A stretch of 64,000 nt of DNA from Patescibacteria group bacterium (GTDB taxonomy: Bacteria > Patescibacteriota > Patescibacteriia > UBA9570). Position 1 is the stretch's first letter; every line of letters begins with the position of its first letter. The stretch lies in NCBI GenBank assembly GCA_041660305.1, contig JBAZWO010000001.1, positions 226,268 through 290,267 of the forward strand, written 5' to 3'. The notes beneath the pieces are model-generated. The model did no database searches. It saw only the letters and a program-made list of their open reading frames with translations, and was not told where the DNA came from. The position numbers and the translations under genes were made by a program. Shown piece after piece: positions 1-8,002 of this stretch.

Positions 1-435
1 GGCTGTTTTATTACGATAGGGTAAGTTAACCGTAATAACATCGAATATTTCATTATTATGCAGCTGAGCAAACAAATTTGAACAGCGCGCGTCAATAATA
101 TTAGCTACGCCATGTTTACGGGCGTTTTGGTTAGTGGCTTGTATCGCCGCCGGATTAATATCCACGGCCACTACCTGTTTAGCACCTTGGTTAGCGGCCA
201 TTATTGCAATCACGCCACAACCAGTACCAATATCCAAAACCCGTTCACCCGGATTAATAACAAATTTTTGCACCAGTAACATAGAATCCTCGTACGGCCA
301 AAACACATTTGGATACACTATAAATTTCTTGCCCAAATATTCAACTAGCGTACCATCGGCTGGAACGGAACGAAATTGTTTTTGTTTTATTTTTTGCAAG
401 CGTGTAATGTTGGCTAATTGCTTTTGAGTTAACAT
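1..435 (-). CDS. Class I SAM-dependent methyltransferase, HemK/PrmC-like small-domain type (N-terminal 145 codons; 3' end lies beyond the window start)
   Basis: Absent from the ORF track because it is truncated. Reverse translation from ATG 435-433 gives MLTQKQLANI...VLDIGTGCGVIAIMAA (GxGxG motif I)...DVITVNLPY (NPPY-like motif IV). The + ORF 134..427 is its antisense shadow. Confidence 0.7.
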   Translation of the reverse strand, partial: MLTQKQLANITRLQKIKQKQFRSVPADGTLVEYLGKKFIVYPNVFWPYEDSMLLVQKFVINPGERVLDIGTGCGVIAIMAANQGAKQVVAVDINPAAIQATNQNARKHGVANIIDARCSNLFAQLHNNEIFDVITVNLPYRNKTA

Positions 436-452
436 AAAATAAAAATAAATAA

Positions 453-1172
453 TTAAATAACTTGCTGTGAAATATTTATAAACTGTTTTAAACGTTCCGT
501 TTTAGGATAACTAAGTATAATACTAGTACCTTCTTCAACCACACTGCCTTGATCAAGAAAAATAATCTTACTACTAATTTTACTAACCAAATGCAAGGCG
601 TGACTGACAAAAATTATCCCCACACCTTGACTGGCAATCTGTTTTAGATGACTAAGAATATGATAAGCTTGTTCAATATCCAGCGCCGAAGTAATTTCAT
701 CCAACAAAAGATAAGCCGGTTTTAATAATAAAGCGCGTACTAACGCAGTTCTTTGCCGTTCACCCATTGATATTTCGTTTGGATAGCGCTCTAGCAACGT
801 ATTTAGTTTGAATAACTCCAGCATGTTTGTAAAATGTTTTTCATCGATCATGCCTTTTAATGGTAAGGTAATATTTTGTTTAATAGTTAAATGTGGCCAA
901 AGACATAGTTGCTGAAATACCATAGTTAAACGCGGGTACGGAAAAATGATTCGTTCAGCAGTTTTAATTGGAAATTTATAATGATGTTCGTTAATGATTA
1001 ATGATCCGGCATTGGAAAAATCCACTAAAGCAATGGCGCGTAACAAAGTGGTTTTGCCAGCACCACTTGGACCAATGATAGAAACGATTTCGCCACGCTG
1101 TAATACCAAAGAAATGTCTTTAATAATTATTTTATCGCCTATTTTTTTGGTAAGATTTGTTGCTTGCAACAT
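453..1172 (-). CDS. ABC transporter ATP-binding protein (polar amino-acid type)
   Basis: Walker A GPSGAGKTT, signature-like ISMGERQR, Walker B LLLDEITSALD. In an operon with a permease and a binding protein. Confidence 0.9.
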   Translation of the reverse strand: MLQATNLTKKIGDKIIIKDISLVLQRGEIVSIIGPSGAGKTTLLRAIALVDFSNAGSLIINEHHYKFPIKTAERIIFPYPRLTMVFQQLCLWPHLTIKQNITLPLKGMIDEKHFTNMLELFKLNTLLERYPNEISMGERQRTALVRALLLKPAYLLLDEITSALDIEQAYHILSHLKQIASQGVGIIFVSHALHLVSKISSKIIFLDQGSVVEEGTSIILSYPKTERLKQFINISQQVI

Positions 1173-1185
1173 ATTATATGTTAGA

Positions 1186-1854
1186 TTATGTTACAGAAAA
1201 ACTTCTGGTATATTTATTTTTTAACCAATACGCTGTTAAATTAAGTGGTAAACAAATGGCACAAAAAAATATCGCCAACGTAGTATAAGTTTCCACCGGT
1301 TTGTAGATAATTGAATTAATTCTTTGCGTCACTCGAAAAATTTCTTCAACTGAAATTAAACTGGAAAATATCGTAGCTTGTAACATGGCTACCTGTAAAA
1401 AAAGTAACTGCGGTAAAACCGCCCGTAACATTAATGGCCATTTTATTTTAATAAAAATTTCTAATTCATTTAGTCCGCTTACTTTACCAATAATTAAATA
1501 TTGTTGTTGAAATTCAGCTAGCGCTTCTTTTATAATCGTCGCCACAAAAATAATATTAATAAACGATAAAGCCAGCACCGCCGTAATAAATGGTTTAATT
1601 ACAATTCCTAACATTTCCTGTAATGGAAAATGCAACCAAAATAAAATTACTAAAATTGGAATACTAGTGATCAGAAACCAAAATAACCCAACCACATAAC
1701 CAGCGCTTTTATACTGCTGAGCGTACCAACCGACACATAACCCAATAGTTAAACCTACTGTCCATACTATAACCACCATACTTAAACTTACCAGCAGACC
1801 AGACCATAAACCTGCTTTATATTGCATAATAATTTGAACAACAGTACCTAACAT
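1186..1854 (-). CDS. Amino-acid ABC transporter permease
   Basis: 222-aa polytopic membrane protein located between the ABC ATPase and the family-3 binding protein. Confidence 0.8.
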   Translation of the reverse strand: MLGTVVQIIMQYKAGLWSGLLVSLSMVVIVWTVGLTIGLCVGWYAQQYKSAGYVVGLFWFLITSIPILVILFWLHFPLQEMLGIVIKPFITAVLALSFINIIFVATIIKEALAEFQQQYLIIGKVSGLNELEIFIKIKWPLMLRAVLPQLLFLQVAMLQATIFSSLISVEEIFRVTQRINSIIYKPVETYTTLAIFFCAICLPLNLTAYWLKNKYTRSFSVT

Positions 1855-1860
1855 GTTTTA

Positions 1861-2730
1861 TTAATATGGTAATGCATACGGTTTAACTACCGGATAAAAC
1901 GAACCTGGATATTTTTCATATTTTTTAAGTAGTCTATCTATTTCACCATCATTTAATAGCTCCTCCAATGCATTATTAATCATCGAGTTAAAACCAGCTT
2001 GATTTTTTGGTACCCCCATGGTGTTGCCAAAATATCTAATGGGATTATTTTTGGCAATATTTTTTACCGATCCAGGATTATTAGCCAAGAATTCTTCCGC
2101 AATCGCCGGCTGAGCGAAAGTAACATCTGCCTTCTGGGTTATTACATTAAGTAATAATTGAGCAACCGGCGTATCCTGCGATAAAGATAAAACTTTTACA
2201 TTTGGGAAGCTGGTTTGCGCTATTAAAGCTGACATTTCTCCATCAATAGTTGTTATAGTAATATTCTTACTGCTTATATCGGAAAAATTATTAAAACGAT
2301 TATCATCAAAACGCGTGTACACACCAATCGTGCTGTAATATAACGGAATTGTAAAATCAATTCGCTTGGCTCTAGTAGCGCTTGGCCATAAATCAGTAAC
2401 AATTATATCATAACGTCCTGCTTCTAACCCTTCAATCATTGTCCCCCAATTAGCTTCTTCCACCCAATTGATTTTAAGCCCAAGATTTTTTCCGGCCGCT
2501 TCCAACACGTCATAAAAAATACCAGACAATTGCCCAGTGTTAGGATCCTTTATTAAGGCTGGTGGATCCACCACATAACCGGCTCTTATTTCCCCTTTAG
2601 TTAAAACCGCAGACCAGGTATCTTTAATATCTTTAGTTTGACTGGTTTTTTCGATAAAAATTCTAGTACCAATAAATGAACTGGTCAAAGCTAGAACTAT
2701 TACCAATAAAATTATTTTTATATTACCCAT
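1861..2730 (-). CDS. ABC transporter substrate-binding protein (family 3 / polar amino acid)
   Basis: N-terminal signal/TM segment and bilobed SBP-like sequence (DIIVTDLW, RIDFTIPLY). Operon context supports the call. Confidence 0.8.
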   Translation of the reverse strand: MGNIKIILLVIVLALTSSFIGTRIFIEKTSQTKDIKDTWSAVLTKGEIRAGYVVDPPALIKDPNTGQLSGIFYDVLEAAGKNLGLKINWVEEANWGTMIEGLEAGRYDIIVTDLWPSATRAKRIDFTIPLYYSTIGVYTRFDDNRFNNFSDISSKNITITTIDGEMSALIAQTSFPNVKVLSLSQDTPVAQLLLNVITQKADVTFAQPAIAEEFLANNPGSVKNIAKNNPIRYFGNTMGVPKNQAGFNSMINNALEELLNDGEIDRLLKKYEKYPGSFYPVVKPYALPY

Positions 2731-2803
2731 AAACCTTTGTTTATTAACTATGCTTACTTGAATGAATATAAATACAGTCCTTTATTTTACACAATGCCTT
2801 TAT

Positions 2804-2890
2804 AGCGACGGCGCAGGTACAAAAAATGCTAGTTTTACCTAGCATTCATTGCCTAACACCGTTGTGGATAAGTTTTGCTAGCGACGGCGC
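2804..2890. repeat. Intergenic repeat unit A1: two AGCGACGGCGC boxes flanking a small hairpin/T-run and a TGTGGATAA box
   Basis: AGCGACGGCGC at 2804-2814 and GCGACGGCGC at 2881-2890. Hairpin ATGCTAG/CTAGCAT at about 2826-2846. TGTGGATAA at 2863-2871. The right 38 nt are nearly identical to 6374-6411. Confidence 0.8.
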
Positions 2891-2897
2891 TGAAAAT

Positions 2898-2966
2898 GTC
2901 TAGAACTATGATTTTTGTGATTTTATGATGGACTATGAAAAATCAAACTAAATCATAGTTCAAGAC
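2898..2966 (-). terminator. Long hairpin immediately after the stop codon of the 2966..3988 gene
   Basis: 17-nt arms GTCTAGAACTATGATTT (2898-2914) and AAATCATAGTTCAAGAC (2950-2966), one mismatch. On the - strand it is followed by AUUUUC. Confidence 0.5.
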
Positions 2967-3988
2967 TATTTAAATTTCACCAAATAACTAGCCACATCGT
3001 TTTCATTAACAATAACCAAAATAGATTCATCTTTTGTTTTAACAAAGCCACTTAAATAACTATTGCTATTATAGATAGAGGTGATTGTCTCATTATGGCT
3101 GTCCGTAAGCACACTGTAAGTATTGTCTGCATTAGTAACAGCAATATATAAAGCCTGTTTTGTACCGTAAATATTATTAATAGCTAATTGATTATCCAAT
3201 ATTTTTACCCAAGCAGCTTGCGGTTTTTTTTGCCAAATTGATTGTATATTATTATTAACAGTAGAGGTAATGTAAATAGCTTGATTAGCAGCCGCAATGG
3301 CTACTGCCCCACTACTATCAGTTAAATAATTACCACTCATTTTGTGCCATGATTTACCATCAGCTGAACGATACACTGCATTATTTACAACCATATACAG
3401 CCTTTTTGCAGTAGCCGCTATACTAGAAATTTGTTTTTCTTCCGGCAAACCTTTTACAATGGTATCTATACTTTCCCAATTTGTTCCGTTATTTGTTTTC
3501 CAGATACTACCATTGGCCATAGCCGCATATAAAGCTCCTTGATAACGCGCTAAACTAACAAATTGTAACGCTCCATCTTGTGTAACATTATCTATATTAA
3601 CCACCTGTTCAAACACAGTCGGGTCAGTACGCGATAAACGCCAAATTTCAGCTGAAGCTACATCCCAAGATAAATCATCGGCTCCTGTATCCGTACTAAG
3701 AACAACATAATCATAGCCTTTAAAAGGTACGGCTGTGGTTAAATCAAAGCGAGTTAAATAATTATCCGTACGCTGATAGGTTAAATTCGTTTCCTGCCAG
3801 CTATCTTTTTGCGTTGGTTGATTAGCTTGATAAAATTTTTCGCCTGATAGTATCATAGCCTTACCATCAGCCAATGGAAAATAAGTAATTAAATCATTAA
3901 ATACGGGACTAACTTGTTCAGCGGCATTGCTAGATAGTGGTATGAACAATGCTAACACTATAATAATTTTTGATACGGTTTTTAGCAT
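2966..3988 (-). CDS. Secreted Asp-box (BNR-like) repeat beta-propeller-type protein
   Basis: Signal peptide, then SxDxGxxW-like motifs (YRSADGKSWHK, WKTNNGTNWES). Paralogous in style to 4013..5098 and 26450..27601. Confidence 0.5.
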   Translation of the reverse strand: MLKTVSKIIIVLALFIPLSSNAAEQVSPVFNDLITYFPLADGKAMILSGEKFYQANQPTQKDSWQETNLTYQRTDNYLTRFDLTTAVPFKGYDYVVLSTDTGADDLSWDVASAEIWRLSRTDPTVFEQVVNIDNVTQDGALQFVSLARYQGALYAAMANGSIWKTNNGTNWESIDTIVKGLPEEKQISSIAATAKRLYMVVNNAVYRSADGKSWHKMSGNYLTDSSGAVAIAAANQAIYITSTVNNNIQSIWQKKPQAAWVKILDNQLAINNIYGTKQALYIAVTNADNTYSVLTDSHNETITSIYNSNSYLSGFVKTKDESILVIVNENDVASYLVKFK

Positions 3989-4012
3989 ATTATTATAAAT
4001 AACATTAATGTT

Positions 4013-5098
4013 TTAAAACTTCACTGTTACCGCTTCCGAACCGTTATTAGTATTTAATAAAACCTGAAACTTATGATTTAAGTGCAATACTGTATTGCCT
4101 CTACCAACCTGCTCCCAAGCCATGGCTTTATTCCAAGTAGAATCTGTATATTGATAGAGAGCCGTGCTGAGATTGGCTAAATTAGCTGAATTATATTCGG
4201 TGAGTAATAGCACAGGTTTCGCACCATTTTTGGCTAGCACGTCTACATCATAGCTTTTGGTATCGGTCCAAGCAAAACTACCGGTTTTATTCCAAGTAGC
4301 TAAATCGGCCGTAGCCCAAACAGTAGTAGCCGTACTATTTGTTGTTCCTAATAATAATTGCTTATTACTTTTAGCTAACACCGTAAATACTTCATTGTCT
4401 TGCGCGGCTGGAAAAGAACTTGCTGTAGTAAATAATTTTCCATCAGTAGAAGTAACTAATTGATAATCGTTATTAACTTGTAACACAATATTAAGCGTAT
4501 TTTTAAATGGCGTAATAGCAATAGGTAGCACAATAGATTCATTAGTATAGGGTGTAGTTACAGATTGTTCCTGTAACACATCTTTTTTTAGCATCCAATG
4601 GCTTAATGTATTATCTACATTAGAACTATATACCTGAATTTTGCCTTGGTATCTAGTTAATACTGCCTTACCGTAATAACCACCGTCGATTGTACTTATT
4701 TTTTTCCAAACGCTAGCCGCATTAATATTTCCTTCCCATAATTCAATATTCTGTCCGTTTACACCAACTGATAATAAAACGTACATTTTATCACTAAACC
4801 GTTTTAAATCTAACACTGTAGCAGGAGTAGCTGTAATATCATGCTTCGTTAATTCCTGCCATTTGCCAAAACCAGCATAATTTACAAATAATTTAATATA
4901 ACGCTCGCTGTTATTATCGCCAGCACTATAATTGATCATCGCTAAACCACCGTGTGGAATTGGTACTGAAAAAATGGCGCCCGAATTAGTGGTATTCTCA
5001 AATTGATCGATTGCCATGGTGGTAGCTTGACTAGCCACTGGTATTAAGCCAAGGCTAACTACTAAACTTACTATAAGAATTGAAAGATGTTTTTTCAT
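4013..5098 (-). CDS. Secreted repeat protein, probably beta-propeller-like (paralog family of 2966..3988)
   Basis: Signal peptide MKKHLSILIVSLVVSLGLIPVASQA and weak Asp-box-like motifs (VTSTDGKLF, WATADLATWNK). Confidence 0.4.
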   Translation of the reverse strand: MKKHLSILIVSLVVSLGLIPVASQATTMAIDQFENTTNSGAIFSVPIPHGGLAMINYSAGDNNSERYIKLFVNYAGFGKWQELTKHDITATPATVLDLKRFSDKMYVLLSVGVNGQNIELWEGNINAASVWKKISTIDGGYYGKAVLTRYQGKIQVYSSNVDNTLSHWMLKKDVLQEQSVTTPYTNESIVLPIAITPFKNTLNIVLQVNNDYQLVTSTDGKLFTTASSFPAAQDNEVFTVLAKSNKQLLLGTTNSTATTVWATADLATWNKTGSFAWTDTKSYDVDVLAKNGAKPVLLLTEYNSANLANLSTALYQYTDSTWNKAMAWEQVGRGNTVLHLNHKFQVLLNTNNGSEAVTVKF

Positions 5099-5157
5099 GG
5101 GTATATAAAATAAAGTGATTAAGAATTAAAATTATTATTTGATAAATTAATTATAAT

Positions 5158-5220
5158 ATAAAAAGAGGGAGTTGAGCAGAGGCGACACTATAGAAAATTT
5201 ATGTAGTATCGTCTCTGCTC
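5158..5220 (-). terminator. Hairpin terminator candidate downstream of the high-GC M23 gene
   Basis: GAGCAGAGGCGA (5174-5185) pairs with TCGTCTCTGCTC (5209-5220). A U-rich tract follows on the - strand after a short spacer. Confidence 0.5.
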
Positions 5221-5260
5221 GAAGAAAAGAACGTAGGCAGGCTTTTTTTGATAGGCTTGA

Positions 5261-6202
5261 TTACCGGCAACCCTCGGAGTTGAAATTGAAGCTGTATCCA
5301 GGTTGACCAGTAAAATTGTATCCGGCAAACTGGTTGCCGCAAACACTGTCGCCACTACCTGGCCACTTGCTGATAGGCAAATTCTCCTGACCAGAGAATG
5401 TTCCGCCGCTGGTACTGGTTGCGCGCAGCATTTCGATGTGAACATGGGCACCTGTGGAGCTGCCAGTGTTGCCCAGATAGCCAACGCCGCGTCCTTTAGC
5501 GATCCACCAACCCGGTACAACCATTGAAGAATCACGCATGTGCGCCAGCCGGTAATAGTAACGCTTGCCACTACCAGCATTACCACATTCTGCGATAATT
5601 TGGTTCCCATAGCTGGAGCTGTACGAAGTGTACTTTACCCAGCAGCTAGCCGGGGACTCGAGCAATTTTCCGGTTGTACCATTGGCCCAGTCCGTGGAGT
5701 AGTAGATAGACCCTGTGTGCTTGTAACAGCCGTAGCCACAGGTCATGGTGAAGGTTCCGCCGTCCATGGGCAAACGCCAGTTCCAGGGAAAGCTGTCGTA
5801 GGTGTTGGTTCCGGTACCCTGTGTGCCCTTGATAGTACCCTGCGAATTGTTGATGAAATCCAGAATGTTGTCGCCGGCCGGAGAACGAGCTTCGATGATG
5901 TCTCCGGTATGATCGTCGATATAAGTGACCAGGTACTTTTCTTCCACCTGCTCGATGAAGCCCCAGGTGGACATGGCCTCATTGGCCGAGATTACATAGG
6001 GCAACATGTCACTGTAGATCACCAGCTCCGGATTCACACCGACAGACAAGGCAATCGTCTCGGCATCTTCGAGAGAAATCATCCCCTCGACATCGTTCTG
6101 CAACTCAGTCTGAAACTCAGACGAGCTCTGATCACCACATCCGAAGAACATGGTAACCACAACCATCACACCAACCAACGTTTTCAACGAACGATCGCGC
6201 AT
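5261..6202 (-). CDS. High-GC lipoprotein precursor with a PepSY-like region and a C-terminal M23 (LytM-type) metallopeptidase domain
   Basis: GGAGG lies 5 nt upstream of the second ATG (6202). N-terminus MRDRSLKTLVGVMVVVTMFFGCG has a lipobox-like FFGC. M23 hallmarks YYYRLAHM...GNTGSSTGAHVHIE (HxH). Line 5761-5820 has 35/60 G+C. Confidence 0.8.
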   Translation of the reverse strand: MRDRSLKTLVGVMVVVTMFFGCGDQSSSEFQTELQNDVEGMISLEDAETIALSVGVNPELVIYSDMLPYVISANEAMSTWGFIEQVEEKYLVTYIDDHTGDIIEARSPAGDNILDFINNSQGTIKGTQGTGTNTYDSFPWNWRLPMDGGTFTMTCGYGCYKHTGSIYYSTDWANGTTGKLLESPASCWVKYTSYSSSYGNQIIAECGNAGSGKRYYYRLAHMRDSSMVVPGWWIAKGRGVGYLGNTGSSTGAHVHIEMLRATSTSGGTFSGQENLPISKWPGSGDSVCGNQFAGYNFTGQPGYSFNFNSEGCR

Positions 6203-6324
6203 GATAACCTCCATTTTCAGGTTGCGCGGTGATACCGTTACCTCCGTTCAAACCATCTGAAAGTAAGTAACCGTACCAACATGAATAGCATAAATAATAT
6301 CGTTATTTTTGAGAAGGGGTTTTT

Positions 6325-6411
6325 GGCGACGGCGCAACAACAAAAAACACCAGTTTCATCTGGTATTTATTAGCTAACACTGTTGTGGATAAGTTTTGCT
6401 AGCGACGGCGC
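6325..6411. repeat. Intergenic repeat unit A2 (GCGACGGCGC-bounded)
   Basis: GGCGACGGCGC at 6325-6335 and AGCGACGGCGC at 6401-6411. Hairpin ACCAG/CTGGT plus T-run on the - strand. TGTGGATAA at 6384-6392. Confidence 0.8.
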
Positions 6412-6664
6412 TAAAAACAGCACTTTCGCTGCCCTCCTTTGCCCCTACCTCTCAATGGCCGTAGAGAATATTAGTAAGGACTTAGGAGGACAACCCCACA
6501 TTAAAAACAGTAAATAACCATTTTATCGTGGAAAAAATAATAGATCACTCACCATCTATTTATGCCGTCCAACCCACCGCAGATAAACAGATTGTAAATG
6601 AGCCATTTTGGCGAAAGTGCGCTACCATTTTGCAGATATCTTTTATTTTATTCAAGAGCATTTT

Positions 6665-6751
6665 AGCGACGGCGCTAGGCTAATTTTGAACATAATAATC
6701 AATTTTATCAGGGTTAACACCGTTGTGTATAACTTTTTGTAGCGACGGCGC
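6665..6751. repeat. Intergenic repeat unit A3 (GCGACGGCGC-bounded), abutting the ssb stop codon
   Basis: AGCGACGGCGC at 6665-6675 and 6741-6751. The box here is degenerate (TGTGTATAA). The last base overlaps the ssb TAG. Confidence 0.75.
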
Positions 6752-7116
6752 TAAAATGGCTCTTCGGTAATTTCTTGCACTGTTTCGGTTGGTTTAGAAC
6801 TTAATAACATTAATCGCTCAGCGATAATGTCGGTAAAATAGTGCATTTTACCATCTTTATCTTCAGCGTTACGATACACTACCCTACCTTCCACTAATAC
6901 CTTGTCTCCTTTGTGCACATACTGCTTCATAATTTCAGATAATTTTCCCCAACCTACAATGGAATGAAACTCGGCTTTTTCTTTAGTTTCTTTGCTAGGA
7001 TTTTTCCAAATCCGATTGGTAGCTAGATGAAAATTAGTTACAGTAGTTTTATTTACCGTCCGCTGTTCTGGATCTTTAGCCACATGACCAATTAATAAAA
7101 TACGATTTAAATCCAT
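6751..7116 (-). CDS. ssb: Single-stranded DNA-binding protein
   Basis: OB-fold N-terminus MDLNRILLIGHVAKDPEQR...FHSIVGWGKLSE and an acidic C-terminal tail ending EEPF. Confidence 0.9.
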   Translation of the reverse strand: MDLNRILLIGHVAKDPEQRTVNKTTVTNFHLATNRIWKNPSKETKEKAEFHSIVGWGKLSEIMKQYVHKGDKVLVEGRVVYRNAEDKDGKMHYFTDIIAERLMLLSSKPTETVQEITEEPF

Positions 7117-7155
7117 AGAAATAATAATTAAACAAATAAAATAATAGCAGTTGAG

Positions 7156-7185
7156 TAGATACTAATGAGCGCTCATTAGTATCTA
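7156..7185. promoter_or_regulatory. Perfect 30-bp palindrome in the ssb upstream region
   Basis: TAGATACTAATGAGC|GCTCATTAGTATCTA. It is followed by a 10-bp stem, GAACCATAAC (7198-7207) with GTTATGGTTC (7262-7271). Confidence 0.6.
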
Positions 7186-7353
7186 AATACAACTGTTGAA
7201 CCATAACCGAGGATGGAACCTAACCATTTATATAGGCAATTGAGCGCTCACCTACACATCTGTTATGGTTCACTGAATTGTTAATACTGCATCATTACTA
7301 CTATTGTGGCCGCGGCAATTATTTGTCACAACAATCGTGATGACACAGTGCTT

Positions 7354-7388
7354 AGAAAAATAAAAACGCCCAAAGTTGGTTGGACGTT
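7354..7388 (-). terminator. Rho-independent terminator of the 7456..7998 gene
   Basis: The - strand reads AACGUCCAA-loop-UUGGGCGUU followed by UUUUUAUUUUU. Confidence 0.7.
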
Positions 7389-7455
7389 CTTTACTTTTCA
7401 CATGTAGTATAGCAAATATTTTATTCTCGTCAAGTGCTGTGCAGCTACTTCTGTG

Positions 7456-7998
7456 CTACTCCAAATAACATTGGTACTCTTTATCTGCTGCTATAATTTG
7501 TTTTAATAATGCACGCATTTGTTCGGCTTTATTAACATTATGCTGCCGAGCTAACCACTCTAAATATTGCTCTAGGGCTGGGGTTAATCGTAATGTAAAT
7601 TTAATCGTTGGAGCTTCAGCAATAGACACTGTTCGATCGATGGTTAATAAAAACGCCTGCACAATTTGTTCTAAGGTACGTTCTGAATAACTTTTTACTA
7701 AAATAGAGCGCGGTATATTTTTTTTCGATAAATGCGCTAACATAGCCCGTGGTACATTGTGTTTAGAGTATAAACATAAAGTTGGTTTCTGGAGAATAAT
7801 AGCCTGCGCTAATAAATAATGCATTTCCGGAGTTGGCTGGGTAATTTCTAGAATAATTCCATGCACACGTTCTAAAGTATTAGAAGCAAACTCATGATAC
7901 GACACTATCCCAACCTGCTCATGTTGCCACACTACAATATTAGCTCTTTTTAACAAGTGTGTAACTGTTGCTAGCTGGTTAGAGACAAAGATAATCAT
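7456..7998 (-). CDS. Hypothetical protein with a C-terminal ribbon-helix-helix-like segment
   Basis: 180-aa ORF. The C-terminal IKFTLRLTPALEQYLEWLARQHNVNKAEQMRALLKQ resembles a CopG/RHH fold. I did not recognise the N-terminal domain. Confidence 0.35.
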   Translation of the reverse strand: MIIFVSNQLATVTHLLKRANIVVWQHEQVGIVSYHEFASNTLERVHGIILEITQPTPEMHYLLAQAIILQKPTLCLYSKHNVPRAMLAHLSKKNIPRSILVKSYSERTLEQIVQAFLLTIDRTVSIAEAPTIKFTLRLTPALEQYLEWLARQHNVNKAEQMRALLKQIIAADKEYQCYLE

Positions 7999-8002
7999 AT
8001 AT

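Noticed and set aside
134-427. + strand ORF of 97 aa at the window start
   Set aside because: It is antisense to a clear methyltransferase frame (1..435, - strand) that carries canonical motifs.
5188-6232. ORFs 5188..5610(-), 5303..5527(+), 5540..6232(+) and 5743..5982(-) overlapping the M23 gene
   Set aside because: High-GC DNA has few stop codons, so long shadow ORFs appear in several frames. Only the 5261..6202 frame has an SD, a signal peptide and recognisable M23 motifs.
6412-6664. Possible small gene or sRNA between repeat units A2 and A3 (33-codon - strand ORF MLLNKIKDICKMVAHF... followed by the hairpin AATAGAT/ATCTATT and a T-run at about 6528-6556)
   Set aside because: I recognised no similarity to rpsR or other expected ssb neighbours. 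The ORF is short and lacks an SD. An orphan terminator alone does not justify calling a gene.
2804-6751. GCGACGGCGC-bounded units as a CRISPR array
   Set aside because: The repeats are only 11 nt and come in three pairs. The 'spacers' are themselves conserved between units. The copies are kilobases apart, and no cas genes are present.
6325-6751. A replication origin, suggested by the TTATCCACA-type boxes here and at 13835-13874
   Set aside because: Gene orientation does not switch (everything stays on the - strand). No dnaA or dnaN is nearby, there are only one or two boxes per site, and no AT-rich unwinding repeats were recognised. An MraZ operator or a repeat-borne site is the simpler explanation.
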